The notes below the pieces were generated by a model that was not told the origin of the DNA, did no database searches, and saw only the letters and a program-made list of their open reading frames with translations. A program made the translations under genes and the position numbers. A stretch of 64,000 bases of DNA, from NCBI RefSeq assembly GCF_001194135.2, contig NC_068994.1, positions 26,814,632-26,878,631 of the forward strand. Direction: 5' to 3'. This DNA comes from Octopus bimaculoides (taxonomy: Eukaryota). This document shows, in pieces, positions 1-12,319 of this stretch (the stretch's first letter is position 1; each line of letters starts with the position of its first letter).

Positions 1-288
1 ATAAATAAATGCTGCCTCTCTAATCTTGAGTTGGGAATTAAGCAAGGAGAGAGAGAGGGAGGGGAGAGAGAGAGAGAGGGAGAAATCCAGTATCACTAGG
101 GTGTGTGATTTCAAACTGATGGTCTCCTCCCAAAAAGAAGTCAACATTACCTAGAGAAGACAACTTAAGTCATAACCAATGGGTTTAAAGAAAAAGTTCC
201 TATCTAGAAATATAAGATAAAGTACAAACTGTTATTTTGTCATATTTACATCTGTTTCCACTGTTTCAATTGAATTGTATGGGCTTTT

Positions 289-306
289 GAACACGCACAC
301 ACACAC

Positions 307-339
<33 letters not shown>

Positions 340-455
340 TGCTTGCACATATACATGCATAGAAAATACACACACACACTCACAGATGCAGACACACACA
401 TATAATCATAACCATTGTCTAGTGCCTACTATTCTATGTTTCCATGGGTTTAACT

Positions 456-504
<49 letters not shown>

Positions 505-522
505 GTGTGCGTGTGTGTATGT
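289..522. repeat. (CA)n and (GT)n microsatellites
   Basis: Direct dinucleotide runs; they explain the His/Thr- and Cys/Val-rich ORFs in the track. Confidence 0.95.
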
Positions 523-599
523 GTATCGTCAGTAAGAACTCGTTTCTGAGTATTTAGTACATTTCAGTTTAGGTGGAGGGGTGCTCATTTATGCTGTAG

Positions 600-3020
600 G
601 GGATGATGGGATTTCTGATGGCTAATAATCCCAATTCTTGTTTTAAACAGCCTATTGCAAGAATCACATTGGATTGTAGGTGCTGGTTGGAGTTGGGTTG
701 CTCCAACTTTCCTACATTGTTGTTTCATTCCAAATCAATTCTTTTGTTTCCTTTAAAACAGAATATTCCTGCCTTGATCAAATTTCACCAAACAGTGTAT
801 TGGTTGGATGTCATACTCTTCAGAGTTTTCTTCAATTAGTCTTTGTAGCATTGCAGGGGCCATCCACAAATGTGTCTCCCACTGTTTAGTTTCCCCAATA
901 GGAATATCTTTGGGAACCTGTTTTCCCTCATGTGCGCCATGTGGCCTGCCCATCTGAGGTGGTGCTTGATGTTTGTAGCCTCCATGCTAATTTGTCCCAC
1001 TCTCTTTTGTACATAACATTGGTAACATAGTCTTCCCATTTGATGTCCATGATAGACCAGAGTTTCTTGTGATGGAGTTGTTCAAGCTTTTTGGGGTTAT
1101 AGCAGTACAAGGTCCATGTCTCACAACAGGACAGACACAATTGTACACCTTCATTTTAGTTTGGATAGTATGATGACTGCTCCCAAAGACTCTACTGGAG
1201 AGCTTCCCACAGGCTGAGTGTTCTGCTTGGACCTTGTTTCTACATCATTTGATGATGTATATTGAACAGACAAGAGGTTACCAAGGTAAGGGAACTACTC
1301 AACACATTCAATGGAAGTTCTACTAATGGTGATGTTACATTTTGGTGGGTCACATCCAGGTAGTGGTTGTACAATGATTTTAGTTTTGTCTTTGTTAACT
1401 GTTAGCCAAACTGAGAATATGCCATGCAGAAATTGTTGACAAATTGTTGTAAGGCTTAGTGGGTGGGCAGGGGCAGTGTTATTATCTGCATACTGCATTT
1501 CATTTACTTTGATGGTGTTGGTGTGATGCTGAGAGTGGAGTCTTGATAGATTAAAAAGTCCTCCATCAATATGATACTTGATTTCTACACCTGAGTTGTT
1601 CTAGGAAATTTCATGGGAGCATTGTAAAGTGAGAAGAGTGTGGGTGCAAGGAAACAGCCCTGTTGCAGACCACACATTTCCTTGGTTCCTGCACAGAGGC
1701 TGCAGAGATCACAAGTGTTGGCAAAGTGCTGCAGTTCAACAGCTTTTTATTGACACCAGTTTTTCTGGACTTCTGTTAGTCTGATTTACATTGACCTTTC
1801 ACATATTTGAAATGCACCTTTTTTTCCATCGATTGTGAGTCTTGTTCACAGCTGACGTTTTGTTTCGCATGTATTAGCACTGCAATTTCAATTTCATTAC
1901 TATTTATCCAGTCTTGGTTTTTCCTTCTTCTAAAACCAATGGTTGTTTCAACTGCATCATTTACCACTTCTTGGATAGTGATCTATTCTGTGTCTATTGA
2001 TGCCCATTCGGGTGGGTTCAAAGCAAAGTATTGTTGGACTTCCTGTCGGAAATCCTTAGATACAATCAGGTCTTGTAACTTAGTCAGATCATACCTCTTT
2101 CTTGCCTCATTTTGTGGGCAATGGCAATTTTAGTGCTTGTATCTGAGGTTTAGTTTTAGTCTTGTGATAAGGAGGCCGTGTTCTGTCCAGTAGTCATGAG
2201 CTCCTAGTATACTTCTGGTGATGAGAATATCCTTCTTGTGGCACTGTCTTATAATGCTGTGTGCTATAGTTGAGGGTGTGCCACATTTTGGATTAGGGTG
2301 TTTCCAGGTTGTTTTGTGTTAGGTTGGGAGTGTTCATGTTCAGCACAGAGACCAAGGAGGAGCTGACTATTTACATTGCAGCTTCCAATTCGTTCTCTCC
2401 CAATTATATTCAGTGGACCATTCCTACTCTAGCATTAAAGTCACTCAAGAGCAGATGATCTCCCTTTGGAACATAAAAGATAGTGGATCCTAGTTGCTGG
2501 TAAAATGCCTATTTGATGTCTTCCTCTGCATTAAGTGTTGGGGCATAGGCAGATATCAGGCTCAGGATGTGGTTCCTTGGAAGTGGGATGTGTATTGTCA
2601 GGAGAAGGTCATTGATGGCTTTGGGTGCCAGGCTGTGCATTCTAACACCAGAGTTGCACCAATCTTCATGATTTTTACTCTTCCAAAAGAAGGTGTAGCC
2701 AGCTCCAGTTTCTTCTTGCTGGCCTTCACCTGGTAGGTGGGTCTCACTTAAAGTGACAATGTCAACTTTGAATCTGGCAATTTCCCTTGAGATGAATGTT
2801 GTTCTTCATTCAAAGTATTTTGTGTCCTTTTGGTCCGAGAGAGTTTGTGCATTCCAGGACCCACTAGTGATCTGGGTAGGTTTTGTTTGTGGGTTTCTTA
2901 TGTTATGATTGGGTGCAGTTCCTACACCAGGACAATAATGTGACTAATAATGTTTAGTCCACATTTTCTAGGCTCTTTACCATTTGGGGTGGGCAGCAGT
3001 ACTCCTAAAAAGGGTGCACA
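600..3020 (-). mobile_element. Degenerate RTE-BovB-type LINE with an internal deletion
   Basis: Minus-strand motifs in order: APE endonuclease SWNAQTL (~2840) and LSDFNARVG (~2430), linker GFRRRKNQDW, RT LQQGCFLAPTLFSLY (~1630), QYADN (~1490), C-terminal LRWAGHMAHMRENRFPK. Many stops and frameshifts. Confidence 0.9.
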
Positions 3021-3159
3021 TTCACAGATGCAGAACTGGATTTCTGTGTGGTCACAGGATGGCAACCATCACACGCCTGTGATATTAGCAATGATGTCTC
3101 ATATGCACCATGTCTCATATAGACACATGGTGCATAAAAACACACGCATATATTGTCAT

Positions 3160-3392
3160 ATATCTATTTCTTTATTGTCAACAGGGGGCTAAACATAATG
3201 GGGGCAAATAAGGACAGGCAAAAGGATTAAGTTGATTACATCGACCCCAGTGTCTAACTGGTACTTATATAATCAATGTCGAAAGGATGAAAGGCAAAGT
3301 TGACCTTGGCAGAATTTGAACTCAGAACGTAATGGCAGATGAAATACTGCTAGGCATTTCACCCGGCGTGCTAACGATTCTGCCAGCTCGCC
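3160..3392 (-). mobile_element. tRNA-derived SINE, family B (head GGCGAGCTGGCAGAATCGTTAGC)
   Basis: A-box/B-box-like head (GTTCTGAGTTCAAATTC) and body shared with copies at ~20315, ~27550, ~29795 and ~30258. tRNA-derived SINEs are established in octopus; the exact family is not assigned. Confidence 0.85.
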
Positions 3393-3618
3393 AACATATA
3401 TCGTCATATAATGATATATGTCTGTGCTTTTATGCACCATGTGTCTATATGAGAGGATCTCTCACTGCTAATATAACACTATTCAGCGTTCAAGACATCC
3501 ATGCTAAGTTGGATATAAGATTTACCTTTTGGTACTAATACTGCTTCAGTGTCTAATACACTCACACACANNNNNNNNNNNNNNNNNNNNNNNNNNNNNN
3601 NNNNNNNNNNNNNNNNNN

Positions 3619-3666
<48 letters not shown>

Positions 3667-3764
3667 ATATATACATATACACACACATATTTATAAATAC
3701 ACACACACACACATATAAAAAACAAAGTTATTTTATTCCACACAGGTAGAAATTTAGAAAAAAT

Positions 3765-4017
3765 GAAGCTGAAAATGCCTTGGGAATTGTTTAGATTTTT
3801 TAGTTTTAAAGACTTAACTGGTTTCATAGATTTCTTTGATTTTCAAAAGTTGAGACAGAAAGATGTGGAGCTATGCTTGCTTCATGCTTCTTAAGACAGT
3901 TGCAGCATAGCTCCACATCTTTTGTACCTCGACTTTTGAAAATCAGAGAAATCTGTGAAACCAGTTAAGTCTTTAAAACTAAAAAATCTAAACAAATCCC
4001 AAGGCATTTTCAACTTC
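3765..4017. mobile_element. MITE-like fold-back element
   Basis: Arms 3765-3877 and 3904-4017 are near-perfect reverse complements around a 26-nt spacer; the ORF track shows the same peptide MKPVKSLKLKNLN on both strands. Confidence 0.75.
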
Positions 4018-4020
4018 TTA

Positions 4021-4064
<44 letters not shown>

Positions 4065-5367
4065 TAGTGTAAACAGAGTTAGCGGTTATAGTAATCGACT
4101 AAGGGATAAAATATCCATATATACTATCTGTATCCGTTACCTGTATTGTCCCCGGGTATTGGTGTGCAGGCACACCATGCACATAGAGTGCAGATAACAA
4201 CAGGATAAACAAGAGTTTATCAGGAACTAATGCAAATAATTAGAAAATGGAGTAAACCACAGATTAACCAATACATCGATAGGACCACATTTATAGCTTA
4301 TTTTTTAATTCAAAGTATGACATAACAAATTGCACCTACCCCTTAATAGATTGTAGTATTCCCTAGACCATTACTAGCTCACTCTTTTACCTACGGACCC
4401 TGATGGTAAATTATATGCTCTTGACATATTGGGCTTCTCGACTATTTGTCTAAGCCATGTTTTCTTTCCTTTTACTTCTTCCTTTTGTTTATATTGTATG
4501 CTCTTGTTTTTCACTCTGATGAAGATCCATTGCCTTAATTCAAATGCCCTATGATGATGAAGAACTTTATTTTTGCATTTTTTTATAGACTGCATTTTGG
4601 TAACCGATCATTAACGGCTGTAAGATATGTTATGTCACTTATTTTGCTATATTTACACACATATATATATATATGATTTAATAGAAGAGTATCTTATAAA
4701 AATATGGATGTGGTTTGATTTTGCAATAATTGGAATGAGAATCAAATATGGATGCCTGAGTAAGTGAAAGATGTGAGTGGAGATGCAGTGGGATTGTTGT
4801 ATACAGGTGAAGATTGTTGAGTGAGTAAAATAGTTGAGTAAGAGATGCTGGAGTGAGTGCAACATGTGTAGTGGGTAAGATGAGTGAACGTTCAGCAGTA
4901 TAGAGTGCTTGTGTGTGACATATGATGATAGTTGTGATAGATGAAGGACAATGAAGACCAGCAACTATTGAACTAGAAGAAGATGTGAGTGATAAAATTT
5001 GTCAATTAAAATCAACATCAGCTGAAGCAATTAGAATACATTATAGCAAGAAACAATATAAGCACAATGACAAATATTTCAAAATACAGTGACAACAACA
5101 AATACTTCAACAATAAAACTAAAAGAAGAGAAGTAAAGCTGCTATGGCACAAGATCTTGTGTAAATAGTTAAATTACAAATCAGAACGACTCTTGTTAAA
5201 ACAAGAGATGGTAATGCTGTGTTTGTTTAATGCTGCTATTGTTAGTTTAATTTTTTATCACTAAACAAAGCAATGTTTTTGCCAAAATATTACTTTATTA
5301 GGTGCTTATTTTATCATATTTTCTCAATTATTGAATTATATTTTTATGTGTTATTTTTGTCTCATAG

Positions 5368-5403
5368 TTCCATGGCAGATGCTAGAGTTTAATTGTTTCA
5401 TGA
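5368..5403 (+). CDS. Weak candidate internal exon (xPWQMLEFNCFM, phase 1-1)
   Basis: Acceptor ttatttttgtctcatag, donor A|gtgaga, 36 nt, one open frame. No homology recognised. Confidence 0.25.
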
Positions 5404-5528
5404 GTGAGAGAAGACCATAATGGGGATTGGCAACAAACAGATGGTTATCAACACCATCCTTACTTCTTTTATAAAAAAAGATCATGATGGTAATAACAAT
5501 ACTAATAATATTAATAATGATTAAAAAC

Positions 5529-5529
<1 letters not shown>

Positions 5530-5579
<50 letters not shown>

Positions 5580-7430
5580 TCTTTATTGGCCACCAGGACT
5601 GAACACAAAACATGCAGGGCAATACACAAACAAGGGACAGTGGGGTTAAACATGTAAATAGCAACAAAAAAGAAACACAACAATTAACAAGGAGATTAAA
5701 CCAACAATATACTTCCCAAATAGGGGAGAGTTCCACTGAGAGGTTGCCAAAGAAACCTCACACACTTTGGACATCCTAACATGAAAGGCACCTCGGGTAG
5801 GCACCCCTCTTCTCCTCATTCCATCCAGCCCATGGGCACATACTTAGAGTTGGCTCATTTTCACGGGCCATTCTTGCCACATTTACACACCTTTTAACAA
5901 ACTTACTGGGTGACAGTACCTCCCTCTTCACCATGGATTTCGATGATAGCTGGATCTGTCCTACATGTGACTATAACTGTTTGACAAAGTTCCAAAAGTC
6001 AGCAATGCATGGACACTGTATGAGAGCATGCAGAGCAGTTTCATCACTCAGCATGCATCTTGGACAAGCCTGTCTGATTGCACACCCGTACCTGTAAAGC
6101 TTATCATGAACTAGCCGAGACCTCTGGTAGCATTGCCAGGCCAGGGATCCTGCAAGTTATCCATAGGCCCTGGTCCAAAAGTCCTCCAGAAGATCCCAGC
6201 CAGCTGATCCCTCCTAATGCCCAGAACCTTTCTGAGAACTTCATCACTCTTGCCCTCCATTAATCCTCTATAGAAGTCCAAGGTGGAACTTTCACCAACT
6301 GCATTGCCCAATTTGGTTGAGGGTTGTGAGTGCTTAGAGACGCTCTAGTTTCCAAGAGTCCTGCCGCAGTCTATGCCTGATCCAGGACTGTAGCTCTGTC
6401 AAGGAGACAAGCTGTGGTAAAGTCTGTCCAACAAAAGGTGACCACACCTGCTCACCATTATGGTACTTCTGGAGATGTTGCAACCTCAGCACATGTCTGC
6501 ATATCATCAGTCACGGCATTCCCAGTCCTCTATTCAATGGGTGCTGACAGCAAATGGACTGTCTAACAAGCGGTACCTGTCCCTTCCACAAGAAGCAGGA
6601 GAGCAAGCGCACCAGCCTGTTCAGCCATGAAGTGGGGCAAGGAAAGACAGTCAGGTGGTAGTAAATGACAGATGCGATATACACATTCACCACCTCCACC
6701 CAACCATTCAGGGACAGCTTCCTCTTGGCCCTTTTCTGGGTGAGACTGGCCACCCTGTCTGTCATCTCACCTCAGTTCTTGTCCACTTGGAGGTTTGGAC
6801 TGAACCAGACCCTGAGCAACTTAACTGGTCCTTCCATCCAGCACCTCACAACACTGTTGGTTGGCATGGCCCTGTCTCTCCAGGTGCTGAGCTGCAGGCC
6901 CACTGACTTCATCTGCTTAATCATTGCTCCTGTCACCACTTCATATTCCCTTAGGGTGATGTCGTCCATATACACTAACATGAACCTTCCACATCTTAGT
7001 TCACATGGGATGTCTCTTGAAACATCTAGCTTCCACAGTCATGGCTTGAGTGCCAGCACATAGAGAAGAGAAGAGGTGAAAGTTATCATCCTTGATGGAC
7101 TGATCATGTAATGCTAAATGATTCCAACAGGTAGCCATTTACTTTGACCATCAAACAGATGTCGCTGTACATTTCAGTGATCCAACCTCTGAAAACGGGA
7201 CTGAAACCAGCCACCTTAAGGACATCCTCCAAGTATTGATGGTCGACCCTATCGAAAGCTTTTGATTGATCCAAGTTGATCAGGGCCCCACCCATGCGAG
7301 GTTCTTTACCAACCCTCTCTATGATGTATCACATAAGGTGGAGGTTGTCGTGGATAGATATGTTGGGAATAGCACAAATCAGCGCATCACCTACCACTCT
7401 GTTAATGACAAGTGCCAGCCTCTTTGCTAA
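5530..7430 (-). mobile_element. 5'-truncated Tx1/L1-clade LINE with (ATT)n tail
   Basis: RT motifs LINLDQSKAFDRVDHQYL and VYMDDIT, then SLNGWVEVVNVYIASVIYYHL. The 3' end reads AATAAAGAAAG followed by (TAT)n at ~5530-5590. Confidence 0.9.
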
Positions 7431-7444
7431 CACTTTATTCTTTT

Positions 7445-7700
7445 ATTTTTATTTTACTTATTTCAGTCATTTGACTACGGCCATGCTGGAGCACTGCCTT
7501 TAGTCGATAAAATCGACCCCGGGACTTATTCTTTGTAAGCCTAGTACTTATTCTATAGGTCTCTTTTGCTGAACTGCTAAATGACGGAGACATAAACACA
7601 CCAGCATCGGTTGTCAAGCAATGCTAGGGGGACAAACACGGACACACAAACATACACACACACATATATATACATATATACGACAGGCTTCTTTCAGTTT
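7445..7700 (-). mobile_element. tRNA-derived SINE family A, 3' half
   Basis: Reverse complement of the 3' half of the full copy at 20558-20975. Confidence 0.85.
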
Positions 7701-8103
7701 CACTGTCCATGGGATCTGTGGTGCTTTTGGATTTGCTATCAATTTAGTCCTTGAAATTGTTACTTTTGTCAGTGAAAATTACATTTCTGTGACTTTTCCT
7801 GCTGTCACAAACTGGTTTGTTTTGCATTAGAATGTTATGCCCCGCCATGCCATTTTTCACTTGCGAACATGTAAACATTTCACAAATGCTAATATTTGGG
7901 CCTTGTGCCCAAATATTATTTAATTCTTTTTTCTGAGGGCAAAGACTATTGTTTTATGCTCCCTTTTAAACAATAATATCAATGAAAACAGTGGTTTTGA
8001 TAACAAAACTACCTGTCAAGCTTCCACCGACGTTCTAGCCTTCCAGCTGGAAGTATATTAATAATAATAATAAATAACAACAACAACAACAACAATGATG
8101 ATG

Positions 8104-8137
<34 letters not shown>

Positions 8138-8139
8138 GG

Positions 8140-8230
8140 AAGGAAAAAATACTTTCTAATTGATGTATCAATACCAGCAGATGACAACGTTTCCCTAAAA
8201 GAAATGGAGAAACTTTCAAAATACAAAGAA
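8140..8230 (+). mobile_element. R4/Dong-like LINE fragment (RLE domain) next to (AAT)n
   Basis: KKYFLIDVSIPADDNVSLKEMEKLSKYK matches the restriction-like endonuclease motif also seen in the other relics here. Confidence 0.7.
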
Positions 8231-9803
8231 AATTCTAACTGGGCACCATCTGCAAGGTAAATATCATATGGCCAGTGGGGAGTACAGGTAGAGTTTATGG
8301 GATACATGCAGACCTGATGAAGTCCCTTAAATATATACTTCTAGATGGTGAGGGAGCTGGGGTGATAAGCATGAGAGAGAGAGAGTGATAGAGGATCAGA
8401 GTGTTAGAGAGAGGGTCTGATAGGTCTTAGGGCATTTTTAATTATGTTGGAAGTATATATATATATATATATATCTTACATTGCCTCACAATGTCAACTT
8501 ATTGATATTCAAAATAAACAATAAGTATAACCACATCAGTATCACGTGTGAAACAGCCATAGTTACTGTCCTTTCCTCTCTGATTCATAACTAAAATATG
8601 TTAAATGCTTACTATTATCTTTCTAAAGCATCTTTTCCATGTATCTTTTCAATGTAGAAACAAGTCTTTCACCTCTCAATTTCCTATCACCACCACCATT
8701 ATCACCACCACCACCACCACCATCATCATGATCATTATCATTGTCATCATTTTCATCATCATCATCATAATTATCATTGCATTTTCAATAATGATAAATG
8801 AATCGGAAATAATAATGTAGTGTGGAGCGGGGCAATGAATAATTTTTAATTCAATAATTGCTTTGTTGATAATTGCATAATTAATACAGGGCTTGTCTAA
8901 TATGATGACATCTTGATGGTGGTGGTGGCTGTGCTGGTAGTGATGATGAGGAAATGTAAATGGTAGAGTGATTTGGCAATAAAAGAATGAAGTGTTTGGT
9001 CAGGTAAGGTAATGGAGGAGATAGTATTGGTGGTAGTGAAGACATTTGGCAGAAGAATAAAGGTATTGGTAGGGGTGTTGATATGCATGTCATGGTTGCA
9101 CATTATTGGAGTTTGAAGTAATGATGACGGTGTTGGTATTAGCAATGATGATGGTGATGTAATGCTATTAATGCAATATTAAGATATTTTACCTTCATAG
9201 CTTCATTCTTTGCTGCCATCTGAAACAAATGAACATTTTTATATTGTTTCATTACTCTTTTATTGGTTCTTAGTCTTTGACTGTGACCATGCTGGGGCAT
9301 CATTTGCAAGTATATTTACTCAATTATATTGACCCCAGTACTTAATTTAGTTTTGTCTTGTCTTGGTTTATCTTGAGTCACATCTCATTTAGAAAGTTAT
9401 TTCCGCTCATGGAGAAAATATCTCAAAGAATTTACGATGACTTACACCAACATATATAACACAAAAATGTGGGATGGGAGAATGATAACAGAACACACAA
9501 AAGAAATGGACACACTACATACATACCTATATCTATCTATGTATCTGTACATCTGTCTGTTAGTCTGTTTATCTATTTATCTAGTTATAGATAGATATTG
9601 TAGTGTGTGGTTTGAAGCCCAATACCATGCCATATACAATCAAGTGGAAAATTGTAGAAAAATCCATGCCATCTAAGAAATGCAATTTATGTGTAGCTGA
9701 ATTACAAATATGCTGAATTCCAGATCTGAAATTTTCAGCAAATGCAAACATATGGACAAATTGCTTTTGGTGAATTGAAGTACACCACCCTCTCCTGATT
9801 GAA

Positions 9804-11100
9804 CAGCTGTATCACAAACTTTGGACCCCTCTGCATTGATTCATTCAGAAGTTTGGGCTTCCAACCAAGCCTTTTGCAATACCCTTAAAGTCTGAAACTT
9901 TTCAGCACTTCCTTGTATGTATATATACACAGACATGACAGAAGTAAATAAGCACCCATAAAATATCATTTTATGTTTATTCTAACATGTAAAAGTTTAT
10001 GTTTTTTATTAATTGACATTTTTATGTTTCAGGTTCTATATGTGACTGTTTAATCATGCCATGTACAAAGGAAGCCTTGGAACTGTCTGAATTTCAAAGA
10101 GGTCATATTGTGGATCATTCTGAAGGTGGTCATAGCATAAAATTGCAGAAAACCTTGGGATCCTGCAATTCACCAGAGAGGGGAAGAAGTCCACATCACC
10201 TCACCCAGATCAACCAGGGCCCTCTGACAGGACCCTTTTTTTTGCTAAGAGAAGTGTGGAAGATAATCCTCATTTCAAGGCTTCTGACATAGCAGAATAA
10301 GTTAATGTCAGTCCCAGAATAGTTGTCAGGTATCTCCACAAACTTGGTTACTATGGCAGAGCAGCAAGAAGGAGGCCACTTCTACCAGCCAACATGAAGT
10401 GAAGGAGAAATTGGGCCAGTGAGATGGTAGAGAGGCCACTAGCATTTTGGAACACTATTATATTCTCTGATGAGTCTAGATTTGCTGTATTTTCTGACAG
10501 TGGTCAAGTGTGGGTCTGAAGATTCTGTGATCAAGAATTTGACATGAAAGGATTGCAGCCAACAATGAAACACTGCAGCCATTCTGTGATGGTCTAGGGA
10601 GTAATTTGGAGCAATGGTTGATCAGAGCTGGTGGAGTGTGAGGGAAACATAAACTCAGATAAATATGTTGCAGAAAGAACTTCCAATCTTCTCCAGTGGT
10701 GAAATGATTAAAGAAGACTATTTATTTGGAAGATGGGGCTCCTTGTCACATGGCTAAAACAACCCAAAATTTAATGCTTATTCTCATCTAACAGATGATA
10801 ATGGCATTAAAAAGCATCCATGGCCAAGCCAGTCACCAGATATGATCCCTATTGAACACCTCTGGGACATAATGGACAGGACACTTCATAAAAAGAACAA
10901 GAAAGCATCTTCAAAGCCAGATCTTTTAAGATTACTGCATGAAACTTGGCAAGAAATTCCACAAGAGAATATTCTTCAAATGATCAGTAACATGCCTAAT
11001 AGGGTCCTTGCATTGAAAAATCCAAGGGACATGTCTACTAAATATTAAATATTCACATTATAACAATTAATTAATAATTTGAATGTATAATTTCAGATTT
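9804..11100 (+). mobile_element. Tc1-family DNA transposon relic
   Basis: Left end CAGCTGTATCACAAACTTTGGACCCC, N-terminal ELSEFQRGHIV, FSDESRF, WPSQSPDMIPIEHLWD and C-terminal STKY. Frameshifted; right TIR not found. Confidence 0.9.
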
Positions 11101-11109
11101 CAATAAATG

Positions 11110-11480
11110 ATGATTATCATCATCATCATCATCGTCGTTTAACGTCTGCTTTCCATGCTAGCATGGGTTGGACGATTTGACTAAGGACTGGTGAAACCAG
11201 ATGGCTACACCAGGCTCCAATCTGATTTGGCAGAGTTTCTACAGCTGGATGCCCTTCCTAACGCCGACCACTCAGAGAGTGTAGTGGGTGCTTTTATGTG
11301 CTACCGGCATGAAGGCCAGTCAGGCGGTACTGGCAACGGCCATGCTCAAAATGGTGTATTTTATGTGCCACCCACCCAAGAGCCAGTCCAGGGGCACTGG
11401 CAACGATCTCACTCAAAAATCCTACGAAGGCCAGTCAGGTGGTACTGGCAACGGCCACGCTCAAAATGGTCTCTATTTAC
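11110..11480 (-). mobile_element. 5'-truncated RTE copy (3' UTR and (GAT)n tail only)
   Basis: Reverse complement of 13740-14110. Similar tail-only copies at ~23145-23340, ~24265-24560 and, more diverged, ~61290-61600. Confidence 0.9.
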
Positions 11481-11492
11481 TTCTGTCACGTC

Positions 11493-11550
<58 letters not shown>

Positions 11551-11648
11551 CATATATATACAAACATACATACACACTCACACTCACACATACACAAACA
11601 TATGTAAAGTAAAGGTGAATGAAAGTAAGGAAAAGTAGAAGTAATTAA

Positions 11649-11747
11649 TGTCTTACAGCTGTTTCTGGAATATCCAAATATTGGATCAATATGTTTCAGT
11701 ATGTTGATCAATATCCCCATACACTGGGTATTCCGCCTTCAGAGACA
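11649..11747 (-). ncRNA. Penelope-type minimal hammerhead ribozyme, one core substitution
   Basis: TGTCT-CTGAAGG-CGGAATA...TATTCCA-GAAACAGCTGTA|AGACA: stem I TGTCT/AGACA, palindromic stem III ACAGCTGT, GUA site; A9 reads G. Confidence 0.7.
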
Positions 11748-12319
11748 AGATGTGTGTACAAGAAAGTTCTAGACAGAAAATTTAAAGTGTTTAGAAGTAT
11801 AAAGTTCATAGTTATAGGCGCAGAGGGCATTTTAAAGCTATCAAGGGTAATTAAAAGGAGGCAGGGAGATGGCCAAATAGATAGATGAGTGTGATCAGAA
11901 GGAATATTTAACTGTGATTCAGTGGCCAGTAATGAGAGCTAAAATGTTAGAAGTGGATGCCCAACGTTGGGAAAGGGGGCATTACAATTTAAAGTTTATT
12001 TTAAAAAATTAAACATTAAGATTAAAAAATAATATATACATGTACATACATTTTTTTGTGTACTCATATATATATGCATCTCTACATCTTTACCTCCATT
12101 TGTTGCAGTTTTTGTGCAATAAAAAATGTGCATATGTACGACTAGCTGTCTGTATAGACATATACAATGCTGTTTTTGCTTTTAGTATAAATTGTCTGTG
12201 GGAAGAAACCAGTTTAAATAATGTCTATGACAACATTCTTATTCTAAATCCAAGTTGTATCTTTCCGTTTTTCCCTACAAAAGCTGTGTTTTATTCATTT
12301 TATATATGTACATATTTTG

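Noticed and set aside
4060-4620. RAYNLPSGSVGKR (CRE-like LINE?) and a CTGATGA...CGGCTGTA|AGAT hammerhead-like trace
   Set aside because: No supporting neighbouring motifs; GAAA is absent and stem I does not pair. At most a very old relic.
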